64,000 nt of DNA from Alphaproteobacteria bacterium (GCA_965216755.1 CBDCGL010000011.1:1536001-1600000); one strand, 5' to 3'. Counted from the first letter of the stretch, positions 1 to 14,392 are shown. Numbers and translations: made by a program. The notes: a model not told the origin generated them from the letters alone.

Positions 1-484
1 GGAAGAAAAGCCCTGGATCCAGCACCGCAGACCCGGCACTGCCGGTCATGCCCTCAAGGCCGACGGCAATCCCCAAGGCCTGAAAGGCGGCCAGCACAAC
101 CGTGCCATAGCGCGTGTATTGAGTGATTTTGCGCCGTCCCGCCTCCCCTTCTTTCTTGAGTTGTTCCAAGTGCGGCGAGACGGTCGTCATGAGCTGAATG
201 ATGATCGATGCCGAGATATACGGCATGATGTTGAGCGCAAAGATTGTCATGCGCCCCAGCGCGCCACCCGCGAACATGTTGAACATGCCCAGGATACCGC
301 CGGCGTTCTGCTCGAAAATATCGTTGAGAATCAGCGGGTCTATGCCCGGTAGCGGAATATAAGTGCCAAGCCGATAAACGATGAGCGCCATAAACGTAAA
401 CGCCAGGCGCTTTTTCAGCTCGGTCGCCTTGCTTAGCGCACCAAAATTGATCGTCGCGGCCAGTTGTTCGGCGGCTGACGCCAT
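1..484 (-). CDS. secY: Preprotein translocase SecY (5' part; runs off window)
   Basis: Not in ORF track; manual translation from ATG at 484 gives [30 protein letters not shown]..., typical alphaproteobacterial SecY N-terminus, directly after rplO. Confidence 0.95.
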   Translation of the reverse strand, partial: MASAAEQLAATINFGALSKATELKKRLAFTFMALIVYRLGTYIPLPGIDPLILNDIFEQNAGGILGMFNMFAGGALGRMTIFALNIMPYISASIIIQLMTTVSPHLEQLKKEGEAGRRKITQYTRYGTVVLAAFQALGIAVGLEGMTGSAGSAVLDPGLFF

Positions 485-513
485 ACAATCTCCTCTTGCG
501 ACCCCGGCCCGCC

Positions 514-1026
514 CTAAGCGCCCGAGTCGCCCTTACCGGATGACTTCTTTTGCTGCGACCGAGTCAGCGGACCCACGATTGATAGCTTTCCGCCGGTTTT
601 TTCAATCGCGGCCGCGGCGCTCTTGCTCGCCCCAGAAACCGCGATGTCCAATTTGGCCTTCAACTCACCCTGTCCCAGCAAGCGTACACCATCTCTTAAA
701 TGGGTAACGATGCCCGCCGCCTGCAAGGCCGCGGCGTCGATAGTCTTGTCGGCATCGAGTTTGCCCGCGTCGACGGCTGTCTGCAGGCGTCCAACGTTGA
801 CGGCACAAAAGCGCTTACGGAAAAGATTGTGGAAACCGCGCTTCGGCAACCGCCGATGCAAAGGCATTTGGCCGCCCTCAAAACCATTAATACTCACGCC
901 GCTCCGCGACTTCTGGCCCTTGTGCCCCTTCGCGGCGGTCTTGCCTTTGCCGGACCCAATCCCGCGGCCGACGCGCATTCGAACATTTCGTTCGCCGGCC
1001 TTTGGTTGCAACTCGTTCAATCGCAT
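514..1026 (-). CDS. rplO: 50S ribosomal protein L15
   Basis: [13 protein letters not shown]...[18 protein letters not shown]. Confidence 0.98.
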   Translation of the reverse strand: MRLNELQPKAGERNVRMRVGRGIGSGKGKTAAKGHKGQKSRSGVSINGFEGGQMPLHRRLPKRGFHNLFRKRFCAVNVGRLQTAVDAGKLDADKTIDAAALQAAGIVTHLRDGVRLLGQGELKAKLDIAVSGASKSAAAAIEKTGGKLSIVGPLTRSQQKKSSGKGDSGA

Positions 1027-1084
1027 CTATTCGGGTCCCGTCGTTTTGTTTGAGCTAGGCAGAGATGATTGCGCTGACTTGCGG

Positions 1085-1285
1085 CTAGCCGATTTCCTCG
1101 ACTCGGACCAAGTGGTGAACCTTGCGCAACCGGCCCCGGGTTGACGGCGTATCGGCCAACTCCCGAACCCGGTTCATCTTATTGAGGCCCAAGCCAATCA
1201 GCGTCTCGCGCTGGTCGCGGCGGCGCCCAATGGGGCTGCCGATCTGAGTCACGCGCAGTTTGCTGTCTTTCTTTCGTGCTGCCAT
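1085..1285 (-). CDS. rpmD: 50S ribosomal protein L30
   Basis: [10 protein letters not shown]...[15 protein letters not shown]; spc operon position. Confidence 0.97.
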   Translation of the reverse strand: MAARKKDSKLRVTQIGSPIGRRRDQRETLIGLGLNKMNRVRELADTPSTRGRLRKVHHLVRVEEIG

Positions 1286-1313
1286 GGCAACCTCTACGTC
1301 CTATCTGGCTCGC

Positions 1314-1889
1314 CTATTTGGCCGCCGGCGCTTCAGCTACGGTGGGCTCGCGTCGCCCCAGGATATCGCTGACCTTTTTGCCCCGTTTGCTGGCCACCTG
1401 TCGCGGCGACTCGATGCGGGTCAAAGCGTCAAAGGTGGCGCGCACCATATTGTAGGGGTTGGCCGAACCAATCGATTTGGTGACGATGTCTTGCACACCG
1501 AGAGTTTCGAACACGGCACGCATCGGCCCGCCCGCAATCACACCCGTACCTGCTTGAGCCGTCCGCAAAACCACGCGACCCGCTCCATAACGTCCTTGCA
1601 CGTCATGGTGCAGTGTGCGGCCCTCTCGCAAGGGCACCCTAATCAATCCCCGTTTGGCTTGCTCGGTGGCTTTGCGAATGGCTTCCGGAACCTCACGGGC
1701 CTTGCCAGTGCCAAAACCGACACGCCCACGACCATCGCCGACAACGACCAACGCGGCAAAACCGAAGCGCCGGCCGCCCTTCACAACCTTGGCGACTCGG
1801 TTGATGCTGACCAATTTGTCAATCAAATCGCCGTCGGAATCATTGTCTTTCCGAGACCGTCGATCGCCGCGCCTATCTTGTCTTGCCAT
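1314..1889 (-). CDS. rpsE: 30S ribosomal protein S5
   Basis: [24 protein letters not shown]. Confidence 0.98.
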   Translation of the reverse strand: MARQDRRGDRRSRKDNDSDGDLIDKLVSINRVAKVVKGGRRFGFAALVVVGDGRGRVGFGTGKAREVPEAIRKATEQAKRGLIRVPLREGRTLHHDVQGRYGAGRVVLRTAQAGTGVIAGGPMRAVFETLGVQDIVTKSIGSANPYNMVRATFDALTRIESPRQVASKRGKKVSDILGRREPTVAEAPAAK

Positions 1890-1931
1890 GCTCTATCCGT
1901 TTTCTCAGCGCCCAACGCAGTACGCGCGGCG

Positions 1932-2294
1932 TCAAAACTCCAATCCGTTTTCGCGGGCACCCTCTGCCAAGGCCCGGACGCGGCCATGATACAGATAGCC
2001 GCCGCGATCAAAAATCACTTCCGTGACACCAGCTGCTTTGGCTCGTTCCGCGATCAAAGCGCCCACTTGTCGCGCCGCATCGACGTTGCCGCCGGTCTTC
2101 AGTTTGCCGCGCAAGTCCTTTTCAAGACTTGAAGCCGACGCCAACGTGCGCCCTTCGCCGTCGCTGATGACTTGCGCATAAATATGCTGATGCGAGCGGA
2201 AGACAGACAACCGCGGCCGCCCTTTTCCGGCCTTGCGTAAGCTTTGGCGAACCCGTTGCCGTCGCCGTTCATGGAGTGCCCGCGTCTTTAACAT
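1932..2294 (-). CDS. rplR: 50S ribosomal protein L18
   Basis: [16 protein letters not shown]; [12 protein letters not shown]. Confidence 0.98.
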   Translation of the reverse strand: MLKTRALHERRRQRVRQSLRKAGKGRPRLSVFRSHQHIYAQVISDGEGRTLASASSLEKDLRGKLKTGGNVDAARQVGALIAERAKAAGVTEVIFDRGGYLYHGRVRALAEGARENGLEF

Positions 2295-2305
2295 CCGTTA
2301 AAACC

Positions 2306-2839
2306 CTACTTCTTCTTGCCTTCCTTGCGTCGCACATATTCGTCGGCGTAGCGGATGCCTTTGCCCTTATAGGGCTCCGGTTTGCGCAATGCGCGAATGT
2401 CGGCGGCAAACTGGCCAACGCGCTGTCGGTTGGCGCCGGACAGCATAATCTCGGTCGGCTTCTCGCACTTGACCGTTACGTCGCTTGGAATTGCGATCTT
2501 GACTTCGTGACTGTACCCCAGCTGCAGATTCAATATGTCTCCCTGGATCGCGGCACGGTAGCCGACCCCGCTGATTTCCAGCTTGCGCGTGAAGCCTTGC
2601 GAAACGCCGGTGACAATGTTGTTGACCAGCGTGCGGCTCATGCCCCACATCGCACGGGCTCTGCCACTTTCATCACGCGGCTTGACCACGATAGTCGAGT
2701 CGTCCCGCGACAATGTGACCTCGTCCGTAAAGACATGGCTCAACTCGCCCAGCTTGCCCTTGGCGGTCAACGCCTGACCATCGATCGAAATCTCGACCCC
2801 GTCAGGAATGTTAACTGGTGCCAAACCGATACGTGACAC
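2306..2839 (-). CDS. rplF: 50S ribosomal protein L6
   Basis: GTG start (MSRIG) at 2839; PEPYKGKGIRY. Confidence 0.97.
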   Translation of the reverse strand: MSRIGLAPVNIPDGVEISIDGQALTAKGKLGELSHVFTDEVTLSRDDSTIVVKPRDESGRARAMWGMSRTLVNNIVTGVSQGFTRKLEISGVGYRAAIQGDILNLQLGYSHEVKIAIPSDVTVKCEKPTEIMLSGANRQRVGQFAADIRALRKPEPYKGKGIRYADEYVRRKEGKKK

Positions 2840-2849
2840 GTCGTCCCCC

Positions 2850-3248
2850 CTAAAACACTCTGCACAAAACTTCGCCGCCAACATTGTTGGCGCGCGCATC
2901 GGCATCGGACATCACGCCACGCGGGGTCGACAGTATGGAAATACCCAATCCGTTATTGATCCGCGGCAGATCCTTGATGCCGGAGTACACACGCCGTCCC
3001 GGTGTTGATACGCGACGTATCTGCCTGATAACCGGCGTGCCTTCGTGATATTTCAATTCAATTGCAAGATGCGGTTTTCCAGGCTTGTCTTCAAAGCGCT
3101 TATAGCCTCGGATGAAGCCTTCTCGATGCAATACCTCCAACACATTGGAGCGCAGTCGTGACGCCGGGCAGCGCACAGTACGCTTGCCCACACGCTGACC
3201 ATTGCGAATGCGGGTCAGCATATCCCCTAGGGGATCGGACATCGTCAT
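2850..3248 (-). CDS. rpsH: 30S ribosomal protein S8
   Basis: [12 protein letters not shown]; [14 protein letters not shown]. Confidence 0.98.
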   Translation of the reverse strand: MTMSDPLGDMLTRIRNGQRVGKRTVRCPASRLRSNVLEVLHREGFIRGYKRFEDKPGKPHLAIELKYHEGTPVIRQIRRVSTPGRRVYSGIKDLPRINNGLGISILSTPRGVMSDADARANNVGGEVLCRVF

Positions 3249-3261
3249 ATGGGCCGTCTCC

Positions 3262-3567
3262 TTACCAACTGGCCTTGATCATGCCGGGTATCTGGCCGCT
3301 CGACGCCAGCTCGCGCAGTGCGATACGCGAGAGTCTTAATTTGCGGTAGTAGCCACGCGGCCGTCCGGTCAATTGACATCGATTGCGCACGCGTACCTTG
3401 GCACTGTTGCGCGGCACCGCCGCCAACTGCAAACGCGACGTAAACCGATCCTCCGGTGGCAACGATTGGTCGTTTGCTTGCGCCTTAAGGCGCGCGCGCT
3501 TCGCCGCAAATTTCTCGACCAGACGACGGCGTTTCTTGTCCCGTTCAACGGCGCTGGTCTTGGCCAT
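3262..3567 (-). CDS. rpsN: 30S ribosomal protein S14 (long, Zn-independent type)
   Basis: [16 protein letters not shown]; 101 aa without the 4-Cys Zn motif. Confidence 0.97.
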   Translation of the reverse strand: MAKTSAVERDKKRRRLVEKFAAKRARLKAQANDQSLPPEDRFTSRLQLAAVPRNSAKVRVRNRCQLTGRPRGYYRKLRLSRIALRELASSGQIPGMIKASW

Positions 3568-3599
3568 GTAAATCCTCCAAACTGGTCGCGCGTCGTGCG

Positions 3600-4142
3600 C
3601 TAGTTCTTTGTAAAAGGCATGTTGAGTGCGGCGAGCAGCGCCCGACCTTCGTCATCCGTCGGCGCGGACGTGACAATCACCACATTCAGTCCACGGATCT
3701 CGTCGACCGCGTCGTAGTCGATCTCCGGAAACACGATTTGCTCTTTTAGGCCCAGCGCATAATTGCCGCGACCGTCGAACGCACCCGGCGATACACCGTG
3801 GAAGTCACGCACACGGGGCAAAGCGATCGTGATCAGCCGATCCAAGAATTCATACATCCGGTCTCGTCGCAATGTGACCTTGCAACCAACCTTCATGCCC
3901 TCGCGCAACTTAAACGCCGCGATCGACTTTTTCGCGCTGGTCACAAGCGGTTTCTGACCGGCAATCGCGGTTAGGTCCTTCACCGCACCGTCGATCTTTT
4001 TGCTTTCCCGGGCAGCCTCGCCGACCCCCATGTTGACGACCACTTTGACCAGCTTCGGCACCTGCATCGGATTGCTGTACCCAAATTGCGCGCGCAGCTT
4101 GTCGCGGATGACATTCTGATATTCGTCTTGCAGGCGCGTCAT
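3600..4142 (-). CDS. rplE: 50S ribosomal protein L5
   Basis: [11 protein letters not shown]; ALPRVRDF; FDGRGNY. Confidence 0.98.
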   Translation of the reverse strand: MTRLQDEYQNVIRDKLRAQFGYSNPMQVPKLVKVVVNMGVGEAARESKKIDGAVKDLTAIAGQKPLVTSAKKSIAAFKLREGMKVGCKVTLRRDRMYEFLDRLITIALPRVRDFHGVSPGAFDGRGNYALGLKEQIVFPEIDYDAVDEIRGLNVVIVTSAPTDDEGRALLAALNMPFTKN

Positions 4143-4154
4143 CAGCTCCCCCGT

Positions 4155-4478
4155 TTAGCGATCGATGATCTCGCCAGAGCGCTTGGCAAAACGCACTTTG
4201 CGGCCATCTTCCAAGGTTTTCCGGCCAACCCGCGTTGCGCGGCCGTCCTTGGGGTCGACATGGGCGACGTTCGAGACATGCAACGGCGCTTCCTTCTCTA
4301 TGATGCCTCCCGGTCCCGTCGGCGACGGCCGGGTGTGCCGCTTGACCATATTGACACCTTGCACAAGGACACGTTTGTCTTTGGGTAAAACGCGCAAGAC
4401 TTCGCCTTTTTGGCCTTTGTCGCGCCCAGTGACGACAATGACTTGATCGCCCTTCCTTACGTGCAACTTTGTCGCCAT
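4155..4478 (-). CDS. rplX: 50S ribosomal protein L24
   Basis: [17 protein letters not shown] motif; EAPLHVSNV. Confidence 0.98.
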   Translation of the reverse strand: MATKLHVRKGDQVIVVTGRDKGQKGEVLRVLPKDKRVLVQGVNMVKRHTRPSPTGPGGIIEKEAPLHVSNVAHVDPKDGRATRVGRKTLEDGRKVRFAKRSGEIIDR

Positions 4479-4846
4479 TACAGGACCTCCGGCGCCAGCG
4501 AAATAATTTTCATAAACCGCTTGGCGCGCAATTCACGAGTCACCGGACCGAAGATGCGGGTGCCTATCGGCTCACCTTGCCGATTGATCAAAACGGCCGC
4601 ATTGCGATCAAACCGAATGGCACTGCCATCGGGCCGTCTGACCTCCTTCGCGGTCCGCACGACGACGGCCTGATGAATATCGCCTTTCTTGACGCGACCG
4701 CGCGGGATCGCCTCTTTAACGCTGACCACGATGATGTCGCCGACTGAGGCCCATCGCCGGCCGGCGCCACCGAGCACTTTGATGCACTGCACCCGGCGCG
4801 CGCCCGAATTGTCGGCAACGTCCAGGTTGGTCTGCATCTGGATCAT
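4478..4846 (-). CDS. rplN: 50S ribosomal protein L14
   Basis: [16 protein letters not shown]...ISLAPEVL. Confidence 0.99.
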   Translation of the reverse strand: MIQMQTNLDVADNSGARRVQCIKVLGGAGRRWASVGDIIVVSVKEAIPRGRVKKGDIHQAVVVRTAKEVRRPDGSAIRFDRNAAVLINRQGEPIGTRIFGPVTRELRAKRFMKIISLAPEVL

Positions 4847-4906
4847 GGCGAGGGTCCCCGTTTTTTCCCGTTTCGTAAGTGCCAGCTATCGCGAGGCCCT
4901 GCGCGC

Positions 4907-5146
4907 TTAGGCAGAGGCTTCGGCCAGCACCTCCCAACGCTTGCGTTTCGACAAAGGCCGGCATTCGCGGATTTGGACCTTGTCGCCAACTTTGCAACGG
5001 TTGTCCTCATCGTGCGCCATGTATTTTTTCGACCGGCGGATAAATTTCTTGTACAGCGGATGCCGAATGCGCCGGTCGACGCTGACGACGACCGTCTTCT
5101 CGGCCGCGTCGCTCACAACTGTCCCAGACAAAACCCGCCTTGGCAT
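4907..5146 (-). CDS. rpsQ: 30S ribosomal protein S17
   Basis: GTVVSD..EKTVVV; [11 protein letters not shown]. Confidence 0.98.
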   Translation of the reverse strand: MPRRVLSGTVVSDAAEKTVVVSVDRRIRHPLYKKFIRRSKKYMAHDEDNRCKVGDKVQIRECRPLSKRKRWEVLAEASA

Positions 5147-5149
5147 CCC

Positions 5150-5365
5150 CTACTCTCCATCCTTGCCGCCGACCGTCGCCCGCGCACGCTCACCCAAGAT
5201 TGTCTTAATGCGCGCGATCTCTCGCCGGACATGCCGGCGCCGCGCGGTATTCTCCAATTGACCCGTGGCAGCCTGAAAACGCAGGTTGAATTGCTCTTTC
5301 TTCAAGCCGAGCAATTGCGCCTGCAATGCGCCATCATCCTTGCTGCGCAAATCTTGAGCCGCCAT
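5150..5365 (-). CDS. rpmC: 50S ribosomal protein L29
   Basis: [18 protein letters not shown]. Confidence 0.98.
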   Translation of the reverse strand: MAAQDLRSKDDGALQAQLLGLKKEQFNLRFQAATGQLENTARRRHVRREIARIKTILGERARATVGGKDGE

Positions 5366-5785
5366 CTAGATGTCCTCACCAATACGCGCCACGAAGCGGG
5401 TTCGCATCGGCAACTTTGCGGCGCCGCGGCGAAACGCCTCGCGCGCCAGCTCACCGGGTATACCGTCAAGTTCGAACATTACCCGGCCCGGCTTGACCCG
5501 GCACATCCAATATTCTGGCGACCCCTTGCCCTTGCCCATGCGCACCTCGGTCGGCTTTGATGACACTGGGACATCTGGAAATATGCGAATCCACATGCGG
5601 CCGGCACGCTTTATGTGGCGTGTAATGGCACGCCGCGCCGCCTCGATCTGCCGCGCCGTCACCCGCCCCGGCTCTTCCGCCTTAAGGCCGAACGCGCCAA
5701 AGTTGAGGGCGGTTCCACCTTTTGCGTTGCCGTGAATGCGCCCCTTATGGGCTTTGCGATATTTGGTTCGCTTCGGGCTCAGCAT
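5366..5785 (-). CDS. rplP: 50S ribosomal protein L16
   Basis: [11 protein letters not shown]; RMGKGKG. Confidence 0.99.
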   Translation of the reverse strand: MLSPKRTKYRKAHKGRIHGNAKGGTALNFGAFGLKAEEPGRVTARQIEAARRAITRHIKRAGRMWIRIFPDVPVSSKPTEVRMGKGKGSPEYWMCRVKPGRVMFELDGIPGELAREAFRRGAAKLPMRTRFVARIGEDI

Positions 5786-5810
5786 GGTCTTGTTCCTTTA
5801 CGCGCGACGC

Positions 5811-6491
5811 TTAGACGCGCGCACCTTGCATTTCGTTGCGCCGGCGATCCTGGGCCATCGGGTCGTGTTCCATGATCTCGCCCTTGAACACCCAAACTTT
5901 CACCCCGCACGAGCCATACGCGGTGCGCGCCGTCGCAACGCCATAGTCAACATCCGCGCGCAGTGTATGCAGGGGAACCCGTCCCTCGCGGTACCACTCC
6001 GTGCGCGCGATCTCGGCGCCGCCAAGTCGGCCACCGCAATTGATCCGAATGCCGAGTGCCCCCAGGCGCATGGCGGATTGCACGGCACGCTTCATGGCGC
6101 GGCGAAAAGCCACGCGCCGTTCCAACTGCTGAGCGATGCTCTCCGCCACCAACTGCGCTTCGATCTCTGGTTTGCGGATTTCGACGATATTCAGATGCAC
6201 CTCGCTATCGGTCATTTTGCTGATCTCGGCGCGCAGCTTTTCGATGTCTGCACCTTTCTTTCCAATGACCACGCCAGGTCGCGCCGTGTGGATCGTAATC
6301 CGCGCCTTTTTTGCGGGCCGCTCAACCACCACACGTGCGACCCCCGCCTGATCGAGACGCTTGTTCAAGAATTGCCGAATTTTTAAGTCTTCGTGCAGCA
6401 ACTCACCATATTCATTATCCGCGTACCAACGCGAATCCCAGGTGCGATTGATCCCCAGCCGAAGCCCGACCGGATTGACTTTCTGCCCCAT
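5811..6491 (-). CDS. rpsC: 30S ribosomal protein S3
   Basis: [13 protein letters not shown]; [11 protein letters not shown]. Confidence 0.99.
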   Translation of the reverse strand: MGQKVNPVGLRLGINRTWDSRWYADNEYGELLHEDLKIRQFLNKRLDQAGVARVVVERPAKKARITIHTARPGVVIGKKGADIEKLRAEISKMTDSEVHLNIVEIRKPEIEAQLVAESIAQQLERRVAFRRAMKRAVQSAMRLGALGIRINCGGRLGGAEIARTEWYREGRVPLHTLRADVDYGVATARTAYGSCGVKVWVFKGEIMEHDPMAQDRRRNEMQGARV

Positions 6492-6493
6492 AC

Positions 6494-6871
6494 CTAATCC
6501 TCCTCGCGCTCGCGCACGACAACCGTCAAGCGACTGAAAGGCTTAACGATCCGTCCGACGCGACCGCGCGCGCGCGCACGCCACCGCCGCATGGTCAGAC
6601 TCTTGCCGACATAGGCCTCCGCCACGTAAAGGCGATCGACATCCAAATTGTGATTGTTCTCTGCATTCGCGATCGCGGCTTGGACAACTTTGCTGACCGC
6701 GCCGGATATGCGCCGCGGCGAAACGCTCAACTGTTCCAACGCCGTCGCCACAGGCATACCGCGTATGGCCTCGGCGACAAGGTTCAACTTGCGCGGACTG
6801 GTGCGCAAACTGCGCGCCATCGCCATGCCCTCATTTTCCGCCAATTGGCGTTCGCGCTCCGGTTTGCCCAT
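6494..6871 (-). CDS. rplV: 50S ribosomal protein L22
   Basis: [14 protein letters not shown]; AIANAENN. Confidence 0.98.
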   Translation of the reverse strand: MGKPERERQLAENEGMAMARSLRTSPRKLNLVAEAIRGMPVATALEQLSVSPRRISGAVSKVVQAAIANAENNHNLDVDRLYVAEAYVGKSLTMRRWRARARGRVGRIVKPFSRLTVVVREREED

Positions 6872-6873
6872 AG

Positions 6874-7152
6874 TCAGCCCCTGCGCGCCTTTTTGTCGGC
6901 CGCATGACCGTAATAAGTGCGCGTTGGCGCGAACTCTCCGAGTTTGTGACCGACCATATTCTCGGTCACCAACACGGGAATGAACTTCCGTCCATTATGA
7001 ACACCGAACGTCAATCCAACGAACTGGGGTAGGATCGTCGAACGCCGCGACCACGTCTTGATCACTTCCTTACGACCCGAGCCGTGAACGGCCTCGGCCT
7101 TCTTGAGCAAATACCCGTCCACGAATGGACCTTTCCAAATCGAACGCGCCAC
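6874..7152 (-). CDS. rpsS: 30S ribosomal protein S19
   Basis: [10 protein letters not shown]; [11 protein letters not shown]. Confidence 0.99.
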   Translation of the reverse strand: MARSIWKGPFVDGYLLKKAEAVHGSGRKEVIKTWSRRSTILPQFVGLTFGVHNGRKFIPVLVTENMVGHKLGEFAPTRTYYGHAADKKARRG

Positions 7153-7165
7153 GTTCGCGATCTCC

Positions 7166-8002
7166 CTATCTGCTCTTCGCCCGGTGCCGACTACGCAAAA
7201 TGTACTTCTGGGTCGACTTGTTATGACGAGTCCGCTTGCCTTTTGTTGGGACGCCCCACGGCGTTACCGGATGTCGCCCACCCGAGGTTCGCCCCTCGCC
7301 GCCGCCATGCGGATGATCGACTGGATTTTTGGCCACGCCGCGCACCACAGGCCGGCGCCCAAGCCAACGGCTGCGCCCCGCCTTTCCCAAATTGATATTC
7401 TGATTGTCGGGATTCGAGACAGCGCCAACCGTCGCCATGCACTCCGCGCGTACCATACGCTGTTCGCCAGACGAAAGGCGTAACAGAGCGTATCCAGCAT
7501 CTTTGCCCACCAATTGCGCATAGGTGCCCGCGGCCCGCGCCAATTGGCCGCCTTTGCGCGGCTTCATCTCGATATTGTGGATCACCGTGCCCACTGGCAT
7601 GTTGCGCATGGGCATGGCGTTGCCCGGCTTGATATCGGCCCGTTCGCCAGAAATGACCGCATCACCCGGTCGTACCCGCTGCGGCGCCAGGATGTAAGCC
7701 ATCTCGCCATCTTCGTACCGAATCAAAGCGATAAAGGCACTTCGGTTGGGGTCATACTCCAGCCGCTCGATCACGGCTGGCACATCGAACTTGCGGCGCT
7801 TGAAATCGACTATTCGGTAGCGCCTCTTGTGGCCGCCGCCACGGTTGCGCATGGTCATGCGGCCCAAATTGTTGCGCCCGCCGCTCTTACTCAGCCCCTG
7901 GGTCAGCTTCTTGTAGGGCTTGCCTTTATGCAGCTCACTACGGTTCACTACCACCAATTGGCGGCGTGACGGCGTCGTCGGGCGAAAGGTCTTAAGTGCC
8001 AT
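7166..8002 (-). CDS. rplB: 50S ribosomal protein L2
   Basis: EYDPNRSA; [12 protein letters not shown]. Confidence 0.99.
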   Translation of the reverse strand: MALKTFRPTTPSRRQLVVVNRSELHKGKPYKKLTQGLSKSGGRNNLGRMTMRNRGGGHKRRYRIVDFKRRKFDVPAVIERLEYDPNRSAFIALIRYEDGEMAYILAPQRVRPGDAVISGERADIKPGNAMPMRNMPVGTVIHNIEMKPRKGGQLARAAGTYAQLVGKDAGYALLRLSSGEQRMVRAECMATVGAVSNPDNQNINLGKAGRSRWLGRRPVVRGVAKNPVDHPHGGGEGRTSGGRHPVTPWGVPTKGKRTRHNKSTQKYILRSRHRAKSR

Positions 8003-8021
8003 TATTTATCGTCCCTCGCCC

Positions 8022-8315
8022 CTAGATACCGGCCGTATAGTCAAGGCTCTCGCCTTCGGCCAGGGTTACAATCGCCTTTTTCCAATCGGAGCGCCGCCCC
8101 AGACGCCCCCGAAAGCGCTTGACCTTACCCTTTACGCGGATCGTGTTGACGGCCTGTACTTTGACTCCAAACAGGGTCTCAATGGCCTTGCGAATCTCGG
8201 CCTTATTGGCATCGCGCAGGACCCGAAACGCGAACTGATTATGCTCGCTCATGACGGTCGCTTTTTCCGTGATCACGGGTCCAAGAATTATGTCGTGTAG
8301 ACGCTCCGCACTCAT
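8022..8315 (-). CDS. rplW: 50S ribosomal protein L23
   Basis: PVITEKAT; WKKAIVTL. Confidence 0.98.
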   Translation of the reverse strand: MSAERLHDIILGPVITEKATVMSEHNQFAFRVLRDANKAEIRKAIETLFGVKVQAVNTIRVKGKVKRFRGRLGRRSDWKKAIVTLAEGESLDYTAGI

Positions 8316-8932
8316 GCCAACCGCGCCTCCAACGCTGCCACGGCCGCTTTGGTTAAGACCAACGTATCGTGGCGCAGAATGTCATAAACGTTGGCACCCT
8401 GGCTTGGCAGCACATCGACCCTCGGGATGTTCGCCGACGCGCGTCGAAAACTCTGATCAACTTCCGCGCCGTCAATGATGAGCGCTGACGCCCAACCCAA
8501 CGTACTCAGACGCTTCGCCAGTGCCCCTGTCTTGGCCGAGTCCAAAGCCAGCGACTCAACAACAACCAAGCTCCCATCGGCCCGCTTTGCCGACAACGCA
8601 GATTTGAGTGCCGCCTTGCGGACCTTTTTCGGCAACTCAATCGCGTGGCTGCGCACGCGTGGTCCAAAGGTCGTGCCGCCGCCGACAAATTGAGATACGC
8701 GGCGTGTGCCATGGCGTGCGCGCCCAGTCCCCTTCTGTTTGTAGATCTTGTGAGTCGACCCCCTGACCTCGCTGCGCTCTTTCGTCTTGTGGGTGCCCGC
8801 GCGGCGCTTCGCCAACTGCCAGGTCACCATTCGATTGAGCAAGTCAGGCTTAACTGGCGCACCGAATACCACATCTGACAATGTGATCTTGCCAGCGGCC
8901 TTATTCTCAAGCGTGATGACGTTGGTTTCCAT
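8312..8932 (-). CDS. rplD: 50S ribosomal protein L4
   Basis: [11 protein letters not shown]. Confidence 0.98.
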   Translation of the reverse strand: METNVITLENKAAGKITLSDVVFGAPVKPDLLNRMVTWQLAKRRAGTHKTKERSEVRGSTHKIYKQKGTGRARHGTRRVSQFVGGGTTFGPRVRSHAIELPKKVRKAALKSALSAKRADGSLVVVESLALDSAKTGALAKRLSTLGWASALIIDGAEVDQSFRRASANIPRVDVLPSQGANVYDILRHDTLVLTKAAVAALEARLA

Positions 8933-8938
8933 GCCCTG

Positions 8939-9703
8939 CTATTCCTTTTCAGCCCCGCCTTCGCTTTGGGCGTCTTCGCTGGCGGTGTCTTCAGCGGCAG
9001 GTTCACCCACGTCGGGGCTTTCCGCACCGGCTCCCTTGAGCGCAGCCGGATAAGGCGCGTCGCCGGGCAAGGCGCGTTTAACGGCGTCGGTGACGCGGAC
9101 ATAGCCACCCTTCGGCCCGGGCACACCACCCATCACAAAGATCAGGCCGCGCTCCGCGTCAGTTTCGACAACATAGAGGTTTTGTTCCGTGGCGCGCCGG
9201 CCGCCCATCTGGCCCGCCATTTTCTTCCCCTTGAATACCTTGCCGGGATCCTGCGAATTGCCCGTCGAACCGTGCGCGCGATGTGAAATCGACACGCCGT
9301 GACTGGCGCGCAAACCACTGAAATTGTGCCGTTTCATCGCACCGGCAAAACCTTTTCCGATGCTTGTCCCCACGACATCGACAAATTGCCCACGCACAAA
9401 GTGTTTAGCGGTCAGCTCAGCACCGACATCAACCAACGCATCCTCACTCACGCGGAACTCGGCGACCGCCAGTTTCGGCTCTACATTTGCCGCACCAAAA
9501 TGGCCGCGCATGGGTTTACTCACGCGGTTGGGTTTGGCGTGGCCAACACCGACTTGCAGTGCGCTGTAACCGTGCTTGTCGGCGGTGCGTTGCGCGATCA
9601 CTTGACAATTGTCGACTTTCAGCACGGTGACCGGCAAATGGCTGCCATCTTCCAAATAGACTCGTGTCATGCCGAGTTTTTGCGCCAACAATCCGGTTCG
9701 CAT
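8939..9703 (-). CDS. rplC: 50S ribosomal protein L3
   Basis: KLGMTR; [13 protein letters not shown]; acidic C-terminal tail. Confidence 0.98.
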   Translation of the reverse strand: MRTGLLAQKLGMTRVYLEDGSHLPVTVLKVDNCQVIAQRTADKHGYSALQVGVGHAKPNRVSKPMRGHFGAANVEPKLAVAEFRVSEDALVDVGAELTAKHFVRGQFVDVVGTSIGKGFAGAMKRHNFSGLRASHGVSISHRAHGSTGNSQDPGKVFKGKKMAGQMGGRRATEQNLYVVETDAERGLIFVMGGVPGPKGGYVRVTDAVKRALPGDAPYPAALKGAGAESPDVGEPAAEDTASEDAQSEGGAEKE

Positions 9704-9713
9704 AACTCAGCCC

Positions 9714-10022
9714 CTAGAGTTTGATCTCGACGTCAACACCGGCCGCCAGGTCCAGCTTCATCAATGCGTCGACCGTTTGCGGCGTCGGATCAACAATATC
9801 CAACAATCGCTTGTGGGTTCGGATTTCGAACTGCTCGCGCGACTTCTTGTCGATATGCGGCGACCGGTTAACGGTGAAACGCGCAATATGGGTCGGCAAG
9901 GGAATTGGACCGCGCACCTGGGCGCCGGTCCGCTTCGCCGTGTTGACGATTTCCCGCGTCGATTGATCGAGGATGCGGTGATCAAACGCTTTCAGCCGAA
10001 TGCGTATATTTTGATTGTCCAT
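9714..10022 (-). CDS. rpsJ: 30S ribosomal protein S10
   Basis: Start at [15 protein letters not shown]; [13 protein letters not shown]. Confidence 0.98.
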   Translation of the reverse strand: MDNQNIRIRLKAFDHRILDQSTREIVNTAKRTGAQVRGPIPLPTHIARFTVNRSPHIDKKSREQFEIRTHKRLLDIVDPTPQTVDALMKLDLAAGVDVEIKL

Positions 10023-10074
10023 ATCGCGGTCCCCGCCCTCGTTGTCTCTCGTTTTTTCGATTGGGCCTTCGTGA

Positions 10075-11265
<1,191 letters not shown>

Positions 11266-11395
11266 TGCAATGGTCTCCGTAATCCTGACCGCCCGTCCAT
11301 TGGCGGCATACTCCCCGAACCGTTGACGAAAGACGCCGCGCCACCGCAATACGGTCGGTTATGACACAACGCCCGGAAACAAGTGGGCCCGGCAG

Positions 11396-13471
11396 CTAGG
11401 CCAGTTTCGCCCGCATCTCCTCCGCGACCATTTGCGGCACACGCTCATAATGGTCGAAAAACATCGAATATTGTGCCCGGCCCTGAGTCATCGAGCGCAG
11501 GCTATTGACATAACCGAACATAGTGGCCAGCGGCACGAACGCCCGCACAATCGTGGCGTTACCCGTCGGCTCCATGCCCTGAATTTGGCCGCGACGGCTG
11601 TTGAGGTCGCCGATCACGTCGCCCATGTACTCTTCGGGCGTGACGACCTCGACACGCATCATCGGTTCAAGCAAACACGGCGCGCCTTTTTCCACCGCCT
11701 CCCGGAAGGCGGCCCGCGCCGCGATTTCGAACGCCATGACACTCGAATCAACTTCGTGATACGCGCCGTCAGTGACGACTGCCCGAAAGTCGATCACCGG
11801 ATAGCCGGCGACAACGCCACCTTCGGCCGCGCTGACCAGGCCCTTTTCAACGCCCGGCAGGTATTCCTTTGGAATGTTGCCGCCAACGACCTTGCTCTCA
11901 AAGTCAAAACCGGAGCCGGGGTCGCCCGGCTCCAAGCGCATTTTGATGCGCGCGAATTGGCCAGAGCCGCCGGTCTGCTTTTTGTGCGTATAGTCGATTT
12001 CAGCGTCGCGCGTGATTGTCTCGCGATATGCGACTTGCGGCGCGCCAACATTGGCATCGACCTTGAATTCGCGCTTCATGCGATCGACGATGATCTCCAA
12101 ATGCAGCTCGCCCATGCCCTTGATCAGGGTCTGTCCACTCTCGGCATCGCTGGCCACCCGGAACGATGGATCCTCTGCCGCCAGCCGTTGAAGGGCGACA
12201 CCCATCTTCTCCTGATCGGCCTTGGTGCGCGGTTCCACGGCAACCTCGATCACCGGATCGGGAAACTCCATCCGCTCCAGAATCACAGAGTGTTGCGGAT
12301 CGCACAAAGTGTCGCCGGTTGTCGTGCCCTTCAGGCCACACAAAGCAACGATGTCGCCCGCCCGTGCTTCTTTTATGTCCTCGCGATGGTTGGAATGCAT
12401 TTCCAACATGCGACCAATGCGCTCGCGCTTGTCTTTGACACTATTGAGAACCGATTGGCCACTTTCCAATACGCCGGAGTAAATGCGAACAAAGCTTAGG
12501 GAGCCGACAAAGGGGTCATTCATGATCTTGAATGCCAACGCCGCGAACGGCTCGTCATCCGAGCTCTCGCGCTGCATTTCATCCTCGGTGCCCGGTTTTA
12601 CGCCTTTGATCGCTGGCACATCGGTTGGCGCCGGCAAATAGTCGACCACAGCGTCAAGAAGTGGTTGCACGCCTTTGTTCTTAAAGGCCGAACCGTTGAA
12701 CACCGGAACAAAGTCGCCGGCCACGGTCCCGGCGCGAATGCACCGCTTGAGGGTCTCCTCGTCCGGCTCGTTGCCCTCCAGATAGGCCTCCAGGACCGCC
12801 TCGTCTTCTTCGATCGCGGCCTCTATGAGTTTCTCCCGATAAGATCGAGCCTGATCCAGTAGATCGGCCGGAATGTCCTCGGCTTCAAATTCGGCACCAA
12901 GGCTTTCATCCTTCCAAACGATCGCCTTCATGGAAATCAAGTCGATCACGCCCGCGTAATCCTGCTCAGCGCCCAGTGGCAATTGCATGACCAGCGGCTT
13001 GGCACCGAGCCGATCGACAATCATGTCAACGCAGCGATAGAAATCGGCGCCGACTCGATCCATCTTGTTGACCAAACAAATTCGCGGCACGCCATATTTG
13101 TCGGCCTGCCGCCATACTGTCTCGGATTGTGGTTCAACGCCGGCCACGCTATCGAACACGCACACCGCGCCGTCTAAGACCCGCAATGATCGTTCGACTT
13201 CGATCGTAAAATCAACATGACCCGGCGTGTCGATAATGTTGATGCGATGGTCATTCCATGAGCACGTTGTCGCGGCTGAAGTTATCGTGATGCCGCGCTC
13301 TTGCTCCTGCTCCATCCAATCCATAGTGGCAGCGCCATCATGCACTTCACCCAAGCGGTGCGAACGCCCAGTGTAGAACAAGATCCGTTCCGTGGTCGTC
13401 GTCTTACCCGCATCGATATGCGCCATGATGCCAATATTGCGATAGCGTTCGAGAGGCGTTACGCGTGCCAT
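11396..13471 (-). CDS. fusA: Elongation factor G
   Basis: [15 protein letters not shown]; DTPGHVDF. Confidence 0.99.
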   Translation of the reverse strand: MARVTPLERYRNIGIMAHIDAGKTTTTERILFYTGRSHRLGEVHDGAATMDWMEQEQERGITITSAATTCSWNDHRINIIDTPGHVDFTIEVERSLRVLDGAVCVFDSVAGVEPQSETVWRQADKYGVPRICLVNKMDRVGADFYRCVDMIVDRLGAKPLVMQLPLGAEQDYAGVIDLISMKAIVWKDESLGAEFEAEDIPADLLDQARSYREKLIEAAIEEDEAVLEAYLEGNEPDEETLKRCIRAGTVAGDFVPVFNGSAFKNKGVQPLLDAVVDYLPAPTDVPAIKGVKPGTEDEMQRESSDDEPFAALAFKIMNDPFVGSLSFVRIYSGVLESGQSVLNSVKDKRERIGRMLEMHSNHREDIKEARAGDIVALCGLKGTTTGDTLCDPQHSVILERMEFPDPVIEVAVEPRTKADQEKMGVALQRLAAEDPSFRVASDAESGQTLIKGMGELHLEIIVDRMKREFKVDANVGAPQVAYRETITRDAEIDYTHKKQTGGSGQFARIKMRLEPGDPGSGFDFESKVVGGNIPKEYLPGVEKGLVSAAEGGVVAGYPVIDFRAVVTDGAYHEVDSSVMAFEIAARAAFREAVEKGAPCLLEPMMRVEVVTPEEYMGDVIGDLNSRRGQIQGMEPTGNATIVRAFVPLATMFGYVNSLRSMTQGRAQYSMFFDHYERVPQMVAEEMRAKLA

Positions 13472-13503
13472 TTCGCCTGACTTCCCGTCCACCTAATCCG
13501 AAT

Positions 13504-13974
13504 TTACCAACGGTAATGCGAGAACGCCTTGTTGGCTTCCGCCATCCGGTGCGTGTCTTCGCGCTTTTTCACTGCCGTGCCACGGTTCGCCGCCGCATCC
13601 AACAATTCGCCAGACAGTCGATCGACCATTGTCTTCTCCGAACGCCGCCGCGCCGCGTCCACCAACCAACGGATGGCGAGTGCCTGCCGGCGATCGGGCC
13701 TCACCTCGATCGGCACTTGATATGTCGCACCGCCGACCCGCCGCGACTTGACTTCGATGATCGGCTTTACATTGTCCAACGCTTCATGAAACACCTTCAA
13801 CGCGTCGCCACCGCCGCGCGACGCGACGCGATCCAGCGCCCCATAGACAATGCCTTCCGCAATCGACTTCTTGCCCGCGTACATGAGCGAATTCATGAAC
13901 TTGGTCAACACAACGTCGCCAAATTTCGGATCGGGCAATACGTCACGTTTTTCAGCTGCTCGTCTGCGGGACAC
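13504..13974 (-). CDS. rpsG: 30S ribosomal protein S7
   Basis: [12 protein letters not shown]; [12 protein letters not shown]. Confidence 0.99.
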   Translation of the reverse strand: MSRRRAAEKRDVLPDPKFGDVVLTKFMNSLMYAGKKSIAEGIVYGALDRVASRGGGDALKVFHEALDNVKPIIEVKSRRVGGATYQVPIEVRPDRRQALAIRWLVDAARRRSEKTMVDRLSGELLDAAANRGTAVKKREDTHRMAEANKAFSHYRW

Positions 13975-14020
13975 GCCTTTGTCTCCTAATGGTCAAATTG
14001 ACACCTAGCCTCGCACGGCC

Positions 14021-14392
14021 CTACTTCGGCCGTTTGGCGCCATATTTGGATCGCCGCTGGCGTCGATCGCCGACACCCTGCGTATCTAACGTACCGCGAA
14101 TGATGTGATAGCGAACGCCGGGCAAATCCTTCACCCGACCACCGCGTATCAGCACGACCGAATGCTCCTGAAGATTGTGACCCTCCCCCGGAATATAGCT
14201 GGTCACCTCGTGGCCATTGGTCAGCCGCACCCGCGCCACCTTGCGCAAAGCCGAGTTCGGCTTTTTCGGCGTCGTCGTATATACGCGCGTGCACACGCCG
14301 CGCTTCTGCGGGCACTGCTCCATCGCTGGAACTTTGTTACGGGTTACCGGCCGCTCCCGGCCCATCCGTACCAACTGGTTGATCGTTGGCAT
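14021..14392 (-). CDS. rpsL: 30S ribosomal protein S12
   Basis: MPTINQLVR; [10 protein letters not shown]; [10 protein letters not shown]. Confidence 0.99.
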   Translation of the reverse strand: MPTINQLVRMGRERPVTRNKVPAMEQCPQKRGVCTRVYTTTPKKPNSALRKVARVRLTNGHEVTSYIPGEGHNLQEHSVVLIRGGRVKDLPGVRYHIIRGTLDTQGVGDRRQRRSKYGAKRPK